NCBI GenBank assembly: GCA_963704325.1 | Contig: OY969885.1 | Location: 1,383,188-1,447,187, forward strand | Direction: 5' to 3' | DNA: 64,000 bases | Origin: an uncultured Chloroflexia bacterium | Lineage (GTDB): Bacteria; Chloroflexota; Limnocylindria; Limnocylindrales; CSP1-4 | Shown: one piece after another, positions 19,120 through 29,190 of the stretch | How positions within the stretch are numbered: position 1 is the stretch's first letter | Layout of the letters: each line of letters begins with the position of its first letter | Notes under the pieces: model-generated | The model's database searches: none | Seen by the model: the letters and a program-made list of their open reading frames with translations, nothing else | What the model was told of the DNA's origin: nothing | Made by a program: the position numbers and the translations under genes

Positions 19120-19877
19120 CAGTACAGCGTCCGCGTATCGGACGAGACGTGGATCTTGAACACGTCGTCGACCACGACTTCGTCGAGCGCAAACGTGGTC
19201 ACCTCGGAGTGCCGCGTCGTCTGCGCGCCGACGTGCTCGGCGAGCAGCAGGAGCACTCCGGTCTGGACGTCAATTCCGACCTCCAGCCAGTGGTCGGGCC
19301 GGTCGGTCAGCACGTGGCTGGTGCGCGGGTGATCGCAGCGCAGCAGGATCGCCTCGCGCCCGGCGATCGAGGCCGTCCCGCGACGCGTCACCACGCCCGT
19401 GCCGAGCACGTTGCGGCAGAAGCCATTGGGATGCACGAAAGTGTCCGCCAGCGTCTCCGGCGGGAGCGTCGTGACCGGCTGGTAGATACGCGCGAACGAG
19501 GGCAGGTCAACCGAATCCGCCCCAACCGGCCGGCGCGGCAGGCGGCGCGAAGTTGCCAGGCTGTTCGCTGCGCTGAACGTGCGCACCGTCTCGCCGTCGC
19601 TGACCCAGACGTCGAAGTCTGCGCCCGGGCCCTCGCTGCGCGAGCTGATCACCTTGGCCAGCCCCGGATGGCGCACGGTGACGTCAATCGTCTCGGTCTC
19701 ATCGCCGTGCGTCGTGATGCGCCGGTCGACGATGCGCATGCGCAGCGTGTCGAAGCGGAGCTCGGCCTGCGCCATGAATGCGAAAAGCTCGGCCAGCTCG
19801 GGCTGCGTGGTCGGCAGCGTGGGCTGATCGGGCGATCGGAGCGCCGGAAGCTGGGTGGTCGGCGGCACGTCGTGCAT
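19119..19877 (-). CDS. hypothetical protein
   Basis: ATG (MHDVPP...) at 19877. The longer ORF to 20399 would run antisense through aspA and is rejected. Confidence 0.5.
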   Translation of the reverse strand: MHDVPPTTQLPALRSPDQPTLPTTQPELAELFAFMAQAELRFDTLRMRIVDRRITTHGDETETIDVTVRHPGLAKVISSRSEGPGADFDVWVSDGETVRTFSAANSLATSRRLPRRPVGADSVDLPSFARIYQPVTTLPPETLADTFVHPNGFCRNVLGTGVVTRRGTASIAGREAILLRCDHPRTSHVLTDRPDHWLEVGIDVQTGVLLLLAEHVGAQTTRHSEVTTFALDEVVVDDVFKIHVSSDTRTLY

Positions 19878-19952
19878 CGGCTGGCGATTGTAGTCGGGGA
19901 GCACCGCGAAGCGGGTCAAGGCCCGGACGGAAGCGGCGCATAAACTCAACCT

Positions 19953-21467
19953 GTGAGTGATCAACCTGCGACACGCACCGAGAAGGACCCGCTCGGCCCG
20001 CTCGAGGTGCCCGCCGACGCGTATTTCGGCGTCCAAACCCAGCGCGCGATCCAGAACTTCCCGATCAGTGGGCGCAGTCCCGACATCGCCCTCGTGCGTG
20101 CCGCGGTACAGGTCAAGAAGGCCGCTGCACGAGCCAACCAGCAGACGGGCCGGCTTTCCGACCAGCTCGCGGGGGCCATCGTCCAGGCCGCGGACGAGAT
20201 CCTGGGCGTGCGCCAGAGCGACAGACAGGAGACGCTTGTCGGAAGCTTCCGGGTCGATCCATTCCAGGCCGGCGCGGGCGTCAGTCACAACATGAACACG
20301 AACGAGGTCCTGGCCAACCGCGCGATCGAGATCCTGGGCGCGCAGGGTGTCGGGGAGGGCAGGCGCGGCGATTACTCGACCGTCAGCCCGAATGACCACG
20401 TCAACATGGCCCAGTCCACGAACGACACGTTCCCCACGGCGATGCGCGTCGCGACGCTGGACCGTGTCGCCGAGCTGCTACCCGTCCTGGACGAGCTGGG
20501 CGAGGCGTTCGCCGAGCGCGGCCGCGCCTTCGACGGAGTGCTCAAGAGCGGTCGCACGCACATGCAGGACGCGGTGCCCATCCGGCTGGGCCAGGAGTTC
20601 GCGGCCTACGCGCTGACCGTGCGCCGCGCACGAGCGAACATCGCGGCCGCGGCCGAAGGGCTGCTCGAACAGAACATCGGCGCGACCGCGGTGGGCACGG
20701 GCCTCAACGCGGAGCCCGAGTACATCGAGCTGGTCGTGAAGCTGCTGTCCGAGCAGACCGGCCACTCGCTGCGCACCGCCGAGCACCTGGTCCAGGCGAC
20801 CCAGTCGATGGCGCCCATGCTGACCGTATCGGCCGCGCTGCGCGGGCTGGCGGTGGACCTGGCCAAGATCTGCGAGGACCTGCTGCTGATGTCATCCGGG
20901 CCGCGCACAGGGTTTGCAGAGATCCGCCTGCCCGCGCGCCAACCGGGCTCGTCGATCATGCCCGGCAAGGTCAACCCGGTGATGGTCGAGAACCTGTCGA
21001 TGATCTGCTACCACGTGATCGGGGCGGATACGGCAGTTGCCTGGGCGACGTCGCGCGGCCAGCTGGAGCTCAACGTGATGATGCCGATCATTGCCCACGA
21101 GGTCCTCGAGTCGCTCGTGGTGCTCACCAATGGGTCGCGCCAGTTCGCGCGCGAGTGCGTTGCGGGCATCGAGGCGGACGAGGAGCGCAGCGCATGGCTG
21201 CTCGAGCAGTCGAGTGCGATGGCCACTCCGCTCGCGCCGTACATCGGCTACGCCCTCGCCGCCGACATCGCCAAGGAAGCGGTCGCGACCGGTAAGACCA
21301 TTCGCGCGCTGGTCGTGGAGAAGGGGGTTTTCACGGAGGACGAGGTCAACCAGATCCTTGACCCGCACGAGCTGACGGAGCCGGGCGTGGCCGGCGGTTT
21401 CCGCTTCGAGCCGCGCATGCCTGAGGGCTATAAGCGCCCGACTGGCCCGGTCGGCGGCGGAGGCTGA
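19953..21467 (+). CDS. aspA: aspartate ammonia-lyase (class II fumarase/aspartase family) with C-terminal extension
   Basis: GSSIMPGKVNPVMVEN signature. KVNPV favours aspartase over fumarase (KVNPTQ). GTG start. Confidence 0.8.
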   Translation: MSDQPATRTEKDPLGPLEVPADAYFGVQTQRAIQNFPISGRSPDIALVRAAVQVKKAAARANQQTGRLSDQLAGAIVQAADEILGVRQSDRQETLVGSFRVDPFQAGAGVSHNMNTNEVLANRAIEILGAQGVGEGRRGDYSTVSPNDHVNMAQSTNDTFPTAMRVATLDRVAELLPVLDELGEAFAERGRAFDGVLKSGRTHMQDAVPIRLGQEFAAYALTVRRARANIAAAAEGLLEQNIGATAVGTGLNAEPEYIELVVKLLSEQTGHSLRTAEHLVQATQSMAPMLTVSAALRGLAVDLAKICEDLLLMSSGPRTGFAEIRLPARQPGSSIMPGKVNPVMVENLSMICYHVIGADTAVAWATSRGQLELNVMMPIIAHEVLESLVVLTNGSRQFARECVAGIEADEERSAWLLEQSSAMATPLAPYIGYALAADIAKEAVATGKTIRALVVEKGVFTEDEVNQILDPHELTEPGVAGGFRFEPRMPEGYKRPTGPVGGGG

Positions 21468-21544
21468 GGATCGCCACACCAGACCTGCCGCCGTTCGAGC
21501 TGGGCTATTCCGGCACGGAGCTGCGCCGCAAGCTGACAAACGCT

Positions 21545-21865
21545 GTGCTGCGCGGCGAGAAGACGGCGACCGCGGGTCTCGCCGCTGACCATGCGCCGCA
21601 CACGGATGAGCCACTGCCAGTGGCGGGCGACCAGTGGATCATGATCGGCTACGACGATGAGCCGCTGGCGATCATCGAGACGACCGAGGTCTCGGTCGTC
21701 CCCGCGGGCAAGGTTGACGTGGGGTTTGCGCGCGATGAGGGCGAAGGCTTCGAGTCGGTCGCCGACTGGCGCGCAGCGCACGAGCGGTTCTGGTCTGACC
21801 AGGTGATCACTGACGAAACGTTGATCGTCTGCGAACGGTTCAAGATCGTGGAGCGCCTCGCTTGA
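21545..21865 (+). CDS. ASCH domain protein (start probably upstream and non-canonical)
   Basis: The ORF from the GTG is ASCH-like (VLRGEKTATAG...). The in-frame upstream sequence ...PPFELGYSGTELRRKLTNA extends the ASCH N-terminus but has no canonical start. Confidence 0.55.
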   Translation: MLRGEKTATAGLAADHAPHTDEPLPVAGDQWIMIGYDDEPLAIIETTEVSVVPAGKVDVGFARDEGEGFESVADWRAAHERFWSDQVITDETLIVCERFKIVERLA

Positions 21866-22866
21866 GCGCATTCGTCAGACGGGACCGAGCAGCCCGCGAG
21901 GCCGAAGAGGATCAACGGCTTGGAACTGCGGCGACGCGGTCGGCGAAGTCGCGCGGGCGGGTGCGCGACGAACAGCCTGACGAATACCGGACCGCATTCG
22001 AACGGGATCGCGACCGGATCCTGCACTCGAAGGCGTTCCGTCGCCTGAAACACAAGACCCAGGTTTTCATCAACCCCGACCACGATCACTTCATCACGCG
22101 CCTCAGCCACACCCTCCAGGTGACCCAGATCTCGCGTGCCCTGGCAGCCGCGCTGAGCCTGAACGAGACGCTCGCTGAGGCGATCGCGCTGGGCCACGAT
22201 GTGGGCCATTCACCCTTCGGCCACACCGGCGAGGAGGCGCTTTCGCCCTATTTTCCGGGTAGCGAGTGGCACCACGCGGCGCAAAGCGTGCGCATCTTCG
22301 AGGTGCTCGAGGATTTGAACCTGACCTGGGAGGTGCGCGACGGCATACGGGGCCACTCCTGGAAGATCGAGCCACCGCCCGCCACGCCCGAGGCAATGAC
22401 CGTGCGCTACGGGGATCGCATCGCCTACCTGACCCACGACGCGCTGGACGCCATGCGCGCGGGCGTCCTCGCGCCGGACGACATCCCGGTTCGCGCGCGC
22501 GAGCGCTTCGGCCCGCCTGGTCGGATCTGGATCGACGAGATGATCAACGCCGTGATCGACAACAGCCTGGCCACGGGCGAGGTGGTCATGGACGCTGAAA
22601 CGCTGGCGGTGATGAACGAGCTGCGTGACTTCATGTTCGAGCGCGTCTACCTGTCCGAGGACCAGCGCCTGCACACACACAACGCCGTGGCCGTGATCAG
22701 TCGCCTGGTCGACTACCACCTGGCCCACCCGGCCGAGATTCCCGAGTCGTACCGGGACACCGATGCCGACCTGACCGTCCAGGTCGTCGACTACGTCGCG
22801 GGCATGACCGACCGCTACGCGCTCCAGGTCCACGAGCGACTGTTCGGGCCTGAAGGCCCGGATTGA
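21862..22866 (+). CDS. dGTP triphosphohydrolase-like HD-domain phosphohydrolase
   Basis: FERDRDRILHSKAFRRLKHKTQVF...THDHFITRLSHTLQV...HD (dGTPase family HD motifs). TTG start overlaps the ASCH stop. Confidence 0.8.
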   Translation: MSAFVRRDRAAREAEEDQRLGTAATRSAKSRGRVRDEQPDEYRTAFERDRDRILHSKAFRRLKHKTQVFINPDHDHFITRLSHTLQVTQISRALAAALSLNETLAEAIALGHDVGHSPFGHTGEEALSPYFPGSEWHHAAQSVRIFEVLEDLNLTWEVRDGIRGHSWKIEPPPATPEAMTVRYGDRIAYLTHDALDAMRAGVLAPDDIPVRARERFGPPGRIWIDEMINAVIDNSLATGEVVMDAETLAVMNELRDFMFERVYLSEDQRLHTHNAVAVISRLVDYHLAHPAEIPESYRDTDADLTVQVVDYVAGMTDRYALQVHERLFGPEGPD

Positions 22867-23016
22867 GCGGGCCCAGAAGCTGTCGTTGAGCAAAGAGCCG
22901 CGAACTGCTCAACGAAGACGCGATCTCGGGCTGACTGCGCCGCGAGACCGTGTGTGGGGAGTGGCTGAAAGGCCCGCCGCTGGCCGGCGAGCCTTGCCGA
23001 CTAGACTGGCTCACGG

Positions 23017-23592
23017 ATGACCAATTCGACCGACGTCGCCCAAATTCAGGGCGTCGACAGCCAGGCCTACCGCGAGGTCCTGACGCGCTACGCCACGGGC
23101 GTCACCGTGGTCACGACGCTCGACGACGAGGGCGACGGCGCACAGCCGTGGGGGACTACCGTCAACTCGTTCACGGGCATCTCGCTCGACCCGCCGCTGG
23201 TCATGGTCGCGATCGGCCGCGAGCGCTCCATCCATCCGATCATCGAGCGCACCAGGCGCTTCGGCGTGAACATCCTGGGCGAGGACTCGCAGCAGATCTC
23301 GGACTGCTTCGCCGGGGCGCCCTCGCCGCTGCCGCGCTCGGCCTTCTGCAACGCGGCCTACTCGCTCGGCGAAGCCGGGTTGCCTGTTTTGGACGCAGCA
23401 GTCGCCCATCTCGCGTGCGAGGTCGAGCGAGTGATCGAGGCCGGCGACCACACGATCTACCTCGGCCTGGTCGTCGAAGCCGGCTGCCGCGACGAAGTCG
23501 GCTGGCCACTCCTCTACTTCCGCCGCCGCTACCTGCGCATCGAGCGCGCCCTGACGCCTGACGTGCGCGGCAAGCCGGACGCATTGCGCTGA
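23017..23592 (+). CDS. flavin reductase family protein (HpaC-like)
   Basis: FREVLTRYATGVTVVTT...NSFTGISLDPPLVMVAI flavin reductase-like domain. Confidence 0.8.
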   Translation: MTNSTDVAQIQGVDSQAYREVLTRYATGVTVVTTLDDEGDGAQPWGTTVNSFTGISLDPPLVMVAIGRERSIHPIIERTRRFGVNILGEDSQQISDCFAGAPSPLPRSAFCNAAYSLGEAGLPVLDAAVAHLACEVERVIEAGDHTIYLGLVVEAGCRDEVGWPLLYFRRRYLRIERALTPDVRGKPDALR

Positions 23593-23620
23593 GCGGCCCG
23601 TCCTCGTCGGAGTCCCGGCC

Positions 23621-24518
23621 ATGCCGCTGATCCGTGCCAATGGCATCGACGTTCACTACGAGGTCGACGGGGCCGGGCCACCGCTGCTGATGCTGCACGG
23701 GGCGACGTCATCGGCCCAGGAGGACTGGTCGGCCCAGCTGCCCGCCTTCCGCAAGGCATTCCGCGTCCACCTCATCGACGCGCGCGGCCACGCCCGTACG
23801 AAGTGGGACGTGCGCGATGGATTTCGACCGCGACATGCTCGTCGAGGACCTGCTCGCCTTCGTCGATGCGCTCGGGCTGGCCACTTTCCACCTGGTCGGC
23901 TTCAGCATGGGCGCGATGACGGCGCTCGCCTTCGCCACGCGCCATCCCGAACGGCTGCGCACGGCGATCATCTGCGGCATCGACATCGTGCGCGAGCCGC
24001 GCTCTAGCGTGGCGCGACGGCTGATGGATCCCGAGCGCATCCTGCGCGACGAGCCCGAATGGGCGGCCCAGCTGGAGCGGCGCCACGGGCCGGTGCAGGG
24101 CGAGGGAGCCTGGCGCCATCTGTTGCCGGCGATCGCCGCGGACGTGGCCACGGCGCCGCTGCTGACCCACCAGGATCTGCGCCGCATCCGCCTGCCGGTG
24201 CTGCTCGTGTACGGCGACAGGGACGTGTTCGTCCCGGCCGATCACGCCGTGGCCATCTATCGCCAATTGCCTGACGCGCGGCTGCTCATCGCGCCAAACT
24301 CGCCGCACACGGTGATGGTCAGCCAGCCGGCGTTGTTCAACCAGGCCGCGGCCAGCTTCTATCGTTCCACGGAGGCAGTCGCTCGGGCACGCGCCGCGAG
24401 CGGGGCCGAGAACGCGCCAACTTCCGTTGCGGCGACCGATGGCGCCGTGCTCTACGAACCGTCCGCGATAGCCGTGGCCGATGGCGATGACGAGCAGGAA
24501 CCCTTCAGCAAGTGGTAG
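23621..24518 (+). pseudogene. alpha/beta-fold hydrolase, interrupted by a frameshift near 23812-23826
   Basis: N-terminus (LLMLHGATSS...HLIDARGHARTKWDVRDG) in one frame. The rest (FDRDMLVEDLLAFVDALGLATFHLVGFSMGAM... with GFSMG nucleophile elbow) continues in the +1 frame. Confidence 0.7.
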
Positions 24519-24528
24519 GAGACGACCA

Positions 24529-24855
24529 GTGAGTGCAACCCTTCTCGCGATCTTCCGGCGCCCCGACGGCGGCGATGAGGCGCTGACGACCTTTCGGCGT
24601 CGCTATCACGACGAGCACCTGCCGCTCATCGCCAAGGTGCCCGGCCTGCGTGGCACCGTCACCGAGAATGTCGAGCAGCACTACGCGGGTGACGATGTCG
24701 TGATGCTCACGCGCATGGACTTCGATGATCGCGCCGCACTCGACGCGGGCATGAGCAGCGACGAGATGCGCGTCGCAGGTCGCAACCTGCGCGAGATCGC
24801 GCCCGGGCTGCTGACCCTGGTTGCGCTGGAGGAGTCGGGAGGCTCGACCGAATGA
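24529..24855 (+). CDS. EthD/Dabb-like stress-responsive alpha+beta barrel protein
   Basis: ~108 aa resembling the EthD family. GTG start after the hydrolase stop. The stop overlaps the next ATG. Confidence 0.55.
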   Translation: MSATLLAIFRRPDGGDEALTTFRRRYHDEHLPLIAKVPGLRGTVTENVEQHYAGDDVVMLTRMDFDDRAALDAGMSSDEMRVAGRNLREIAPGLLTLVALEESGGSTE

Positions 24856-26444
24856 CCGTCCATTACGACGTGGCCGACGGGGTTGCCACGGTGCGCCTGG
24901 ATCGCCCGGAGGTCTTCAACGCGCTCAACCGCGTCACGCTCGAGGCCGTGCGCGACTCCTTCCGCCAGGCCTCGGCCGATCATTCGGTGGGCGTCGTGGT
25001 GCTGACCGGGACCGGCGAGCGGGCCTTCTGCACCGGCGCCGATCTGGACGAGCAGCAGGCCTTCCTGGCCCGGCCGAATGACTACTGGGACTGGATGGGC
25101 CGCTTCATCGAAGCGATCGAGGCGATCAAGGACTGCGCCAAGCCGGTCGTCGCCCGACTGAACGGCATGGTCGTTGGCGGCGGCAACGAGCTCAACATCG
25201 CGTGCGACCTGGCCATTGCGGTAGATGACGCCGTGTTCCGCCACGTGGGTCCGTCACGCGGCTCGCTGCCTGCCGGCGGCGCAACCCAATGGATGCCGCT
25301 GCTGGTTGGCGATCGACGCGCGCGCGAGGTCCTGCTCCTGAACCGTCCCATCAGCGCCGCCCAGGCGCTCGATTGGGGCTGGGTCAACCGGATCGTGCCG
25401 CGCGCCGAGCTGGACGAGGCGGTCGCCGACTACTGCCGTGAGCTGCTCTCCAAGATGCCCGAGATCGTGCGTGCCACGCGCGTACAGCTCAACTACTGGA
25501 AGAGCCAGTCGTGGGCGATGACCGTCCAGATGGCGCGCGAGTGGCTGACCGTCCACGCCGGGTCGAGCGAGGTGGCCGAGGGGCTCGCCTCGTTCCATGA
25601 GAAGCGCCACGTGGACTACGACCGCGTTGCGGCGCGAGATCACGGAGGCCGGCTCGTGACCGACGAGAAGCCACGGATCAGGGTCGAGGCGCAGGCGGCT
25701 CCGGGCGTGGCGCTGCTGACGATCGATCGGCCCGAGGTCCTGAACGCACTCGACTACCGCACTCTGGGAGAGCTGGTCGAGGCCCTGGAGCGGCTTGACA
25801 CGGACGAGTCAGTGCGCTGTGTCGTGATCACCGGCGCAGGTGACCGCGCGTTCGCGGCCGGGGCGGACATCAGGGAGATGGCTGACGCGACGCCGGTGAC
25901 GCTTCTCGCGGCGAACAACTTTGCGCGCTGGGAGCGATTGAGGCGGATCCGCGTCCCCGTGATCGCCGCCGTGCGCGGCTTCGCCCTGGGTGGCGGCTGT
26001 GAGCTGGCCATGGCGTGCGACATCGTCGTCGCTGCGGACGATGCCACGTTCGGTCAGCCTGAGATCAAGATCGGGATCATCCCCGGTGCCGGTGGCACGC
26101 AACGGCTGACGCGGGCGTTGGGCAAGGCCAAGGCGATGGAGATGATCCTTACCGGCCGCAACCTGACGGCGCGCGAGGCGCACGAGCGCGGCCTCGTAGC
26201 GCAGGTCGTCGTGCGCGAGGAGACTCTGTCCGAGGCGCTCAAGCTGGCCGCCGAGGTGGCGTCCATGCCGCCGCTCGCCGTCCGTGCCGCCAAGGAAGCC
26301 GTCAACCGCGCCCACGAGCTGTCGCTCGAGGCCGGGCTGGAGTTCGAGCGGCGCAACTTCTTCATGCTCTTCGCCAGTGAGGACCAGAAGGAGGGCATGC
26401 GCGCGTTCATCGAGAAGCGCAAGCCAACCTGGAAAGGCCGCTGA
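24852..26444 (+). CDS. tandem double enoyl-CoA hydratase/isomerase (two crotonase domains in one 530-aa polypeptide)
   Basis: Residues 1-250 and 270-530 each carry complete crotonase-fold motifs (e.g. FCTGADL...GGGNEL and FAAGADI...GGGCELAMACD). Confidence 0.8.
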   Translation: MTVHYDVADGVATVRLDRPEVFNALNRVTLEAVRDSFRQASADHSVGVVVLTGTGERAFCTGADLDEQQAFLARPNDYWDWMGRFIEAIEAIKDCAKPVVARLNGMVVGGGNELNIACDLAIAVDDAVFRHVGPSRGSLPAGGATQWMPLLVGDRRAREVLLLNRPISAAQALDWGWVNRIVPRAELDEAVADYCRELLSKMPEIVRATRVQLNYWKSQSWAMTVQMAREWLTVHAGSSEVAEGLASFHEKRHVDYDRVAARDHGGRLVTDEKPRIRVEAQAAPGVALLTIDRPEVLNALDYRTLGELVEALERLDTDESVRCVVITGAGDRAFAAGADIREMADATPVTLLAANNFARWERLRRIRVPVIAAVRGFALGGGCELAMACDIVVAADDATFGQPEIKIGIIPGAGGTQRLTRALGKAKAMEMILTGRNLTAREAHERGLVAQVVVREETLSEALKLAAEVASMPPLAVRAAKEAVNRAHELSLEAGLEFERRNFFMLFASEDQKEGMRAFIEKRKPTWKGR

Positions 26445-26608
26445 CCCTTCAGCTGCCCACCACGACCCGGCGGTGCGACTGAAATGAGCCTGTAACCCCA
26501 CCCGAGTGAACCGTGGGCGGGGGTTCCTGCGAACAGCAATGTGACCGCGCAAATGCGCGGGGTCCGCGTACTCGCGGGCAACTCGATTGCAAACGCAGGA
26601 GTCTTTGA

Positions 26609-27901
26609 ATGCACGTATCAAGAATTGGAGCCGGGGCCCTGGCTGGCCTCCTCCTCGTCGGAGCCTGCACGAGCGGTGCCGGGAACTCACCCAGCGCCCC
26701 CGCAGCATCCAGCACGACTGCCCCCGCGGCAACCCCCAGCGCGTCGATGGACCACTCGATGGATCCCGGCACCTCGGCATCACCGGATGGCTCGATGGGC
26801 ACCGGCGTTGACATCACGAGTGACGCAGCAACGCTGCGCACGGACCTCAACTATCTGCTCGGCGAGCACCTGATCCTGGCCGCCAAGGCGACCGGCGCTG
26901 CGCTCGGTGGTCGGACGGACCAGTTCAACGCCTACGGCACTCTGCTCAACACCAACGGCACCGACCTTGGTGGAGCCATCGGCAGCATCTACGGCACCGA
27001 GGCCCAGGACGAGTGGAACCGCATCTGGAGCGCTCACAACGGCTTCTTCGTCGATTACACGACGGGCGTCGCCACGGCGGACCAGGCCCTGCAGGACCAG
27101 GCCGTTGAAGACCTGACCACGATCTACGTTCCCGAGTTCAGCGCATTCCTTTCGGGCGCGACGGACATCCCCGAGGACGCTGTCGCTGGCCTGGTCACCG
27201 ACCACGTCCTGCAGACCAAGGCCGTCGTTGACGCCCAGGCTTCAGGCGACTTCGACGCCGCATACGCGGCGATCCGCGAGGCCTACGCGCACATGTCCAT
27301 GATCGGTGACGCTCTTGCGCCGGCGATCGCGGAGAAGAACGCCATCGAAGGCGATGCCACCAATCCCGGCGTCGGCTTCCGGACCGCGTTCAACAACCTG
27401 CTCCAGGAGCACCTGTTCCTGGCCAGCTTCGCCACTGACGCCGCACTCGGCGGCCGCAGTGACGAGTTCGCAGCCGCAGGCGACGCGCTCAACACCAACG
27501 GCACGGACATCGGCGGGGCCATCGGCGGCCTCTTCGGCGCCGAAGCCCAGGACGAGTTCAACCGGATCTGGAGCGCCCACAACGGCTTCTTCGTCGACTA
27601 CACGACCGGTGTAGGCGCAGGCGACCAGGCCATGATGGACCAGGCTGTCGAAGACCTGACGACGGTTTACGTGCCCGAGTTCAGCGCCTTCCTCGCCGGG
27701 GCCACCGGGCTTCCCGAGGATGCGGTCACCGCACTGGTGACCGATCACGTCCTGACCACCAAGGCAATCGTCGACGCGCAGGGCGCGGGAGATGCGGCCG
27801 CTGCGGCCGAACTCGACCGTGAGGCAGCGATGCACATGCGCATGATCGGCGACCCGCTGGCCGAGGCAATCGTCAACGCGATGCCGGACAGCTTCCGCTA
27901 A
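26609..27901 (+). CDS. lipoprotein with internal tandem duplication of a ~170-aa helical domain, function unknown
   Basis: Lipobox LLVGAC|T and a PT-rich linker. Then two near-identical modules (LNYLLGEHLILAAKATGAALGGRTD...NGFFVDYTTGV...VPEFSAFL and FNNLLQEHLFLASFATDAALGGRSD...NGFFVDYTTGV...VPEFSAFL). Confidence 0.7.
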   Translation: MHVSRIGAGALAGLLLVGACTSGAGNSPSAPAASSTTAPAATPSASMDHSMDPGTSASPDGSMGTGVDITSDAATLRTDLNYLLGEHLILAAKATGAALGGRTDQFNAYGTLLNTNGTDLGGAIGSIYGTEAQDEWNRIWSAHNGFFVDYTTGVATADQALQDQAVEDLTTIYVPEFSAFLSGATDIPEDAVAGLVTDHVLQTKAVVDAQASGDFDAAYAAIREAYAHMSMIGDALAPAIAEKNAIEGDATNPGVGFRTAFNNLLQEHLFLASFATDAALGGRSDEFAAAGDALNTNGTDIGGAIGGLFGAEAQDEFNRIWSAHNGFFVDYTTGVGAGDQAMMDQAVEDLTTVYVPEFSAFLAGATGLPEDAVTALVTDHVLTTKAIVDAQGAGDAAAAAELDREAAMHMRMIGDPLAEAIVNAMPDSFR

Positions 27902-27981
27902 ACCCGCTAACTTCCTCTCCCTCCCGGCGGCGGACCGATCTCTCGGCCGCCGCCGGGTATTTTCATTTCGAGGTTTCGACC

Positions 27982-28371
27982 ATGAACAAGTTCCTCAAGC
28001 AAGCCGCACTGGGCGGCGTCATTGCGCTCGCATTGGCCGCCTGTGGCGGATCCACGAGCATCACATCGTCGCCGTCGAGCGCACCGGCGGAAGCCATTGA
28101 AGTGACTCTTTCGGACTTCAAGATCACGCCCTCATCGCTCACCTCCGGGAGCGCAGTCTCGATCGCGGTCACGAGCGACGGGCCGACCCCGCACAACCTC
28201 ACCATTCGCGACGCGGCGGATGCGGTCGTCGCGGCAACCGCTGACCTCAGCACAGGTGGGACCGAGACGATCGAGGCCGACCTCGACGCCGGCGAATACA
28301 CGATCTTCTGTTCCCTGGCCGGGCACGAGAGCCTGGGCATGCGCGGCACTCTCACCGTGGCGGCGCAATAG
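27982..28371 (+). CDS. cupredoxin (plastocyanin/azurin-family blue copper) lipoprotein
   Basis: Lipobox LAAC|G. Type-1 Cu ligands His (PHNL), Cys (IFCS), His (AGHE), Met (GM). Confidence 0.75.
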   Translation: MNKFLKQAALGGVIALALAACGGSTSITSSPSSAPAEAIEVTLSDFKITPSSLTSGSAVSIAVTSDGPTPHNLTIRDAADAVVAATADLSTGGTETIEADLDAGEYTIFCSLAGHESLGMRGTLTVAAQ

Positions 28372-28410
28372 GCCGCTGCCGATCATCGTCCCAGGTGCCA
28401 TCATCGGCAG

Positions 28411-29190
28411 GTGCCTGATTCGATCATCCGCGTAACAGCGGACGGTGTCCTGACCCTCACCCTCAACCGCCCGGATGCGCTGAACGCGTTCACGGTCGAG
28501 ATGAAGGAAGGGCTGCTGGCGGCGGTCAAGGATGCGGCGCGCGACCGTGACGTGCGCGTTGTCGTGCTGACCGGCGCCGGACGTGCCTTCTCCGCCGGGC
28601 AGGACCTCAAGGAGCGCCAGGGTCCTGACGCGAACGACCTCGGTACCGAGCTGCGCACCCGGTACAACCCGATCATCCTCGCCATGCGCCGCCTGGAGAA
28701 GCCGATCATCGGCGCGATCAACGGTGTCGCCGCGGGCGCGGGCATGTCGCTTGCGCTCGCCTGCGACATCGTCATCGCCTCTGACAGGGCGACGTTCATG
28801 CAGGCCTTCACGCGCGTCGGCCTGGTTCCGGACACGGGCTCGACGTGGTTCCTGTCGCGACTGGCCGGCTACGCCCGGGCTGCCGAGATGATGTTCAGTG
28901 CGGAGCCTGTCGACGCCGCCACGGCCGAGCGAATCGGCCTCGTCAACAGGGTCGTGCCTGCAGACGAGCTGGCCGCCGTGGCCAATTCGATGGCTGTCAA
29001 ACTTGCCAGTTCGGCGCCTCTCGCGCTCGCTCTCACAAAGCGCGCCTTGAACCGCGCCCTGGATTCGTCCCTCGAGGAAGCGCTCGAGTTCGAGGCGCAG
29101 CTCCAGTCGGTGGCCGGACGATCGAGCGATCACCGTGAGGGAACCGCCGCGTTCGTGGAGAAGCGGCCGGCCAAGTTCAGCGGCGAATGA
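28411..29190 (+). CDS. enoyl-CoA hydratase
   Basis: Crotonase motifs FSAGQDL and GAINGVAAGAGMSLALACD. GTG start. Confidence 0.85.
   Translation: MPDSIIRVTADGVLTLTLNRPDALNAFTVEMKEGLLAAVKDAARDRDVRVVVLTGAGRAFSAGQDLKERQGPDANDLGTELRTRYNPIILAMRRLEKPIIGAINGVAAGAGMSLALACDIVIASDRATFMQAFTRVGLVPDTGSTWFLSRLAGYARAAEMMFSAEPVDAATAERIGLVNRVVPADELAAVANSMAVKLASSAPLALALTKRALNRALDSSLEEALEFEAQLQSVAGRSSDHREGTAAFVEKRPAKFSGE

Noticed and set aside
19878-20399. 5' extension of the minus-strand ORF 19119..20399 (426 aa)
   Set aside because: The extension runs antisense through the aspA start region. The internal ATG at 19877 gives a 253-aa protein that ends the overlap.
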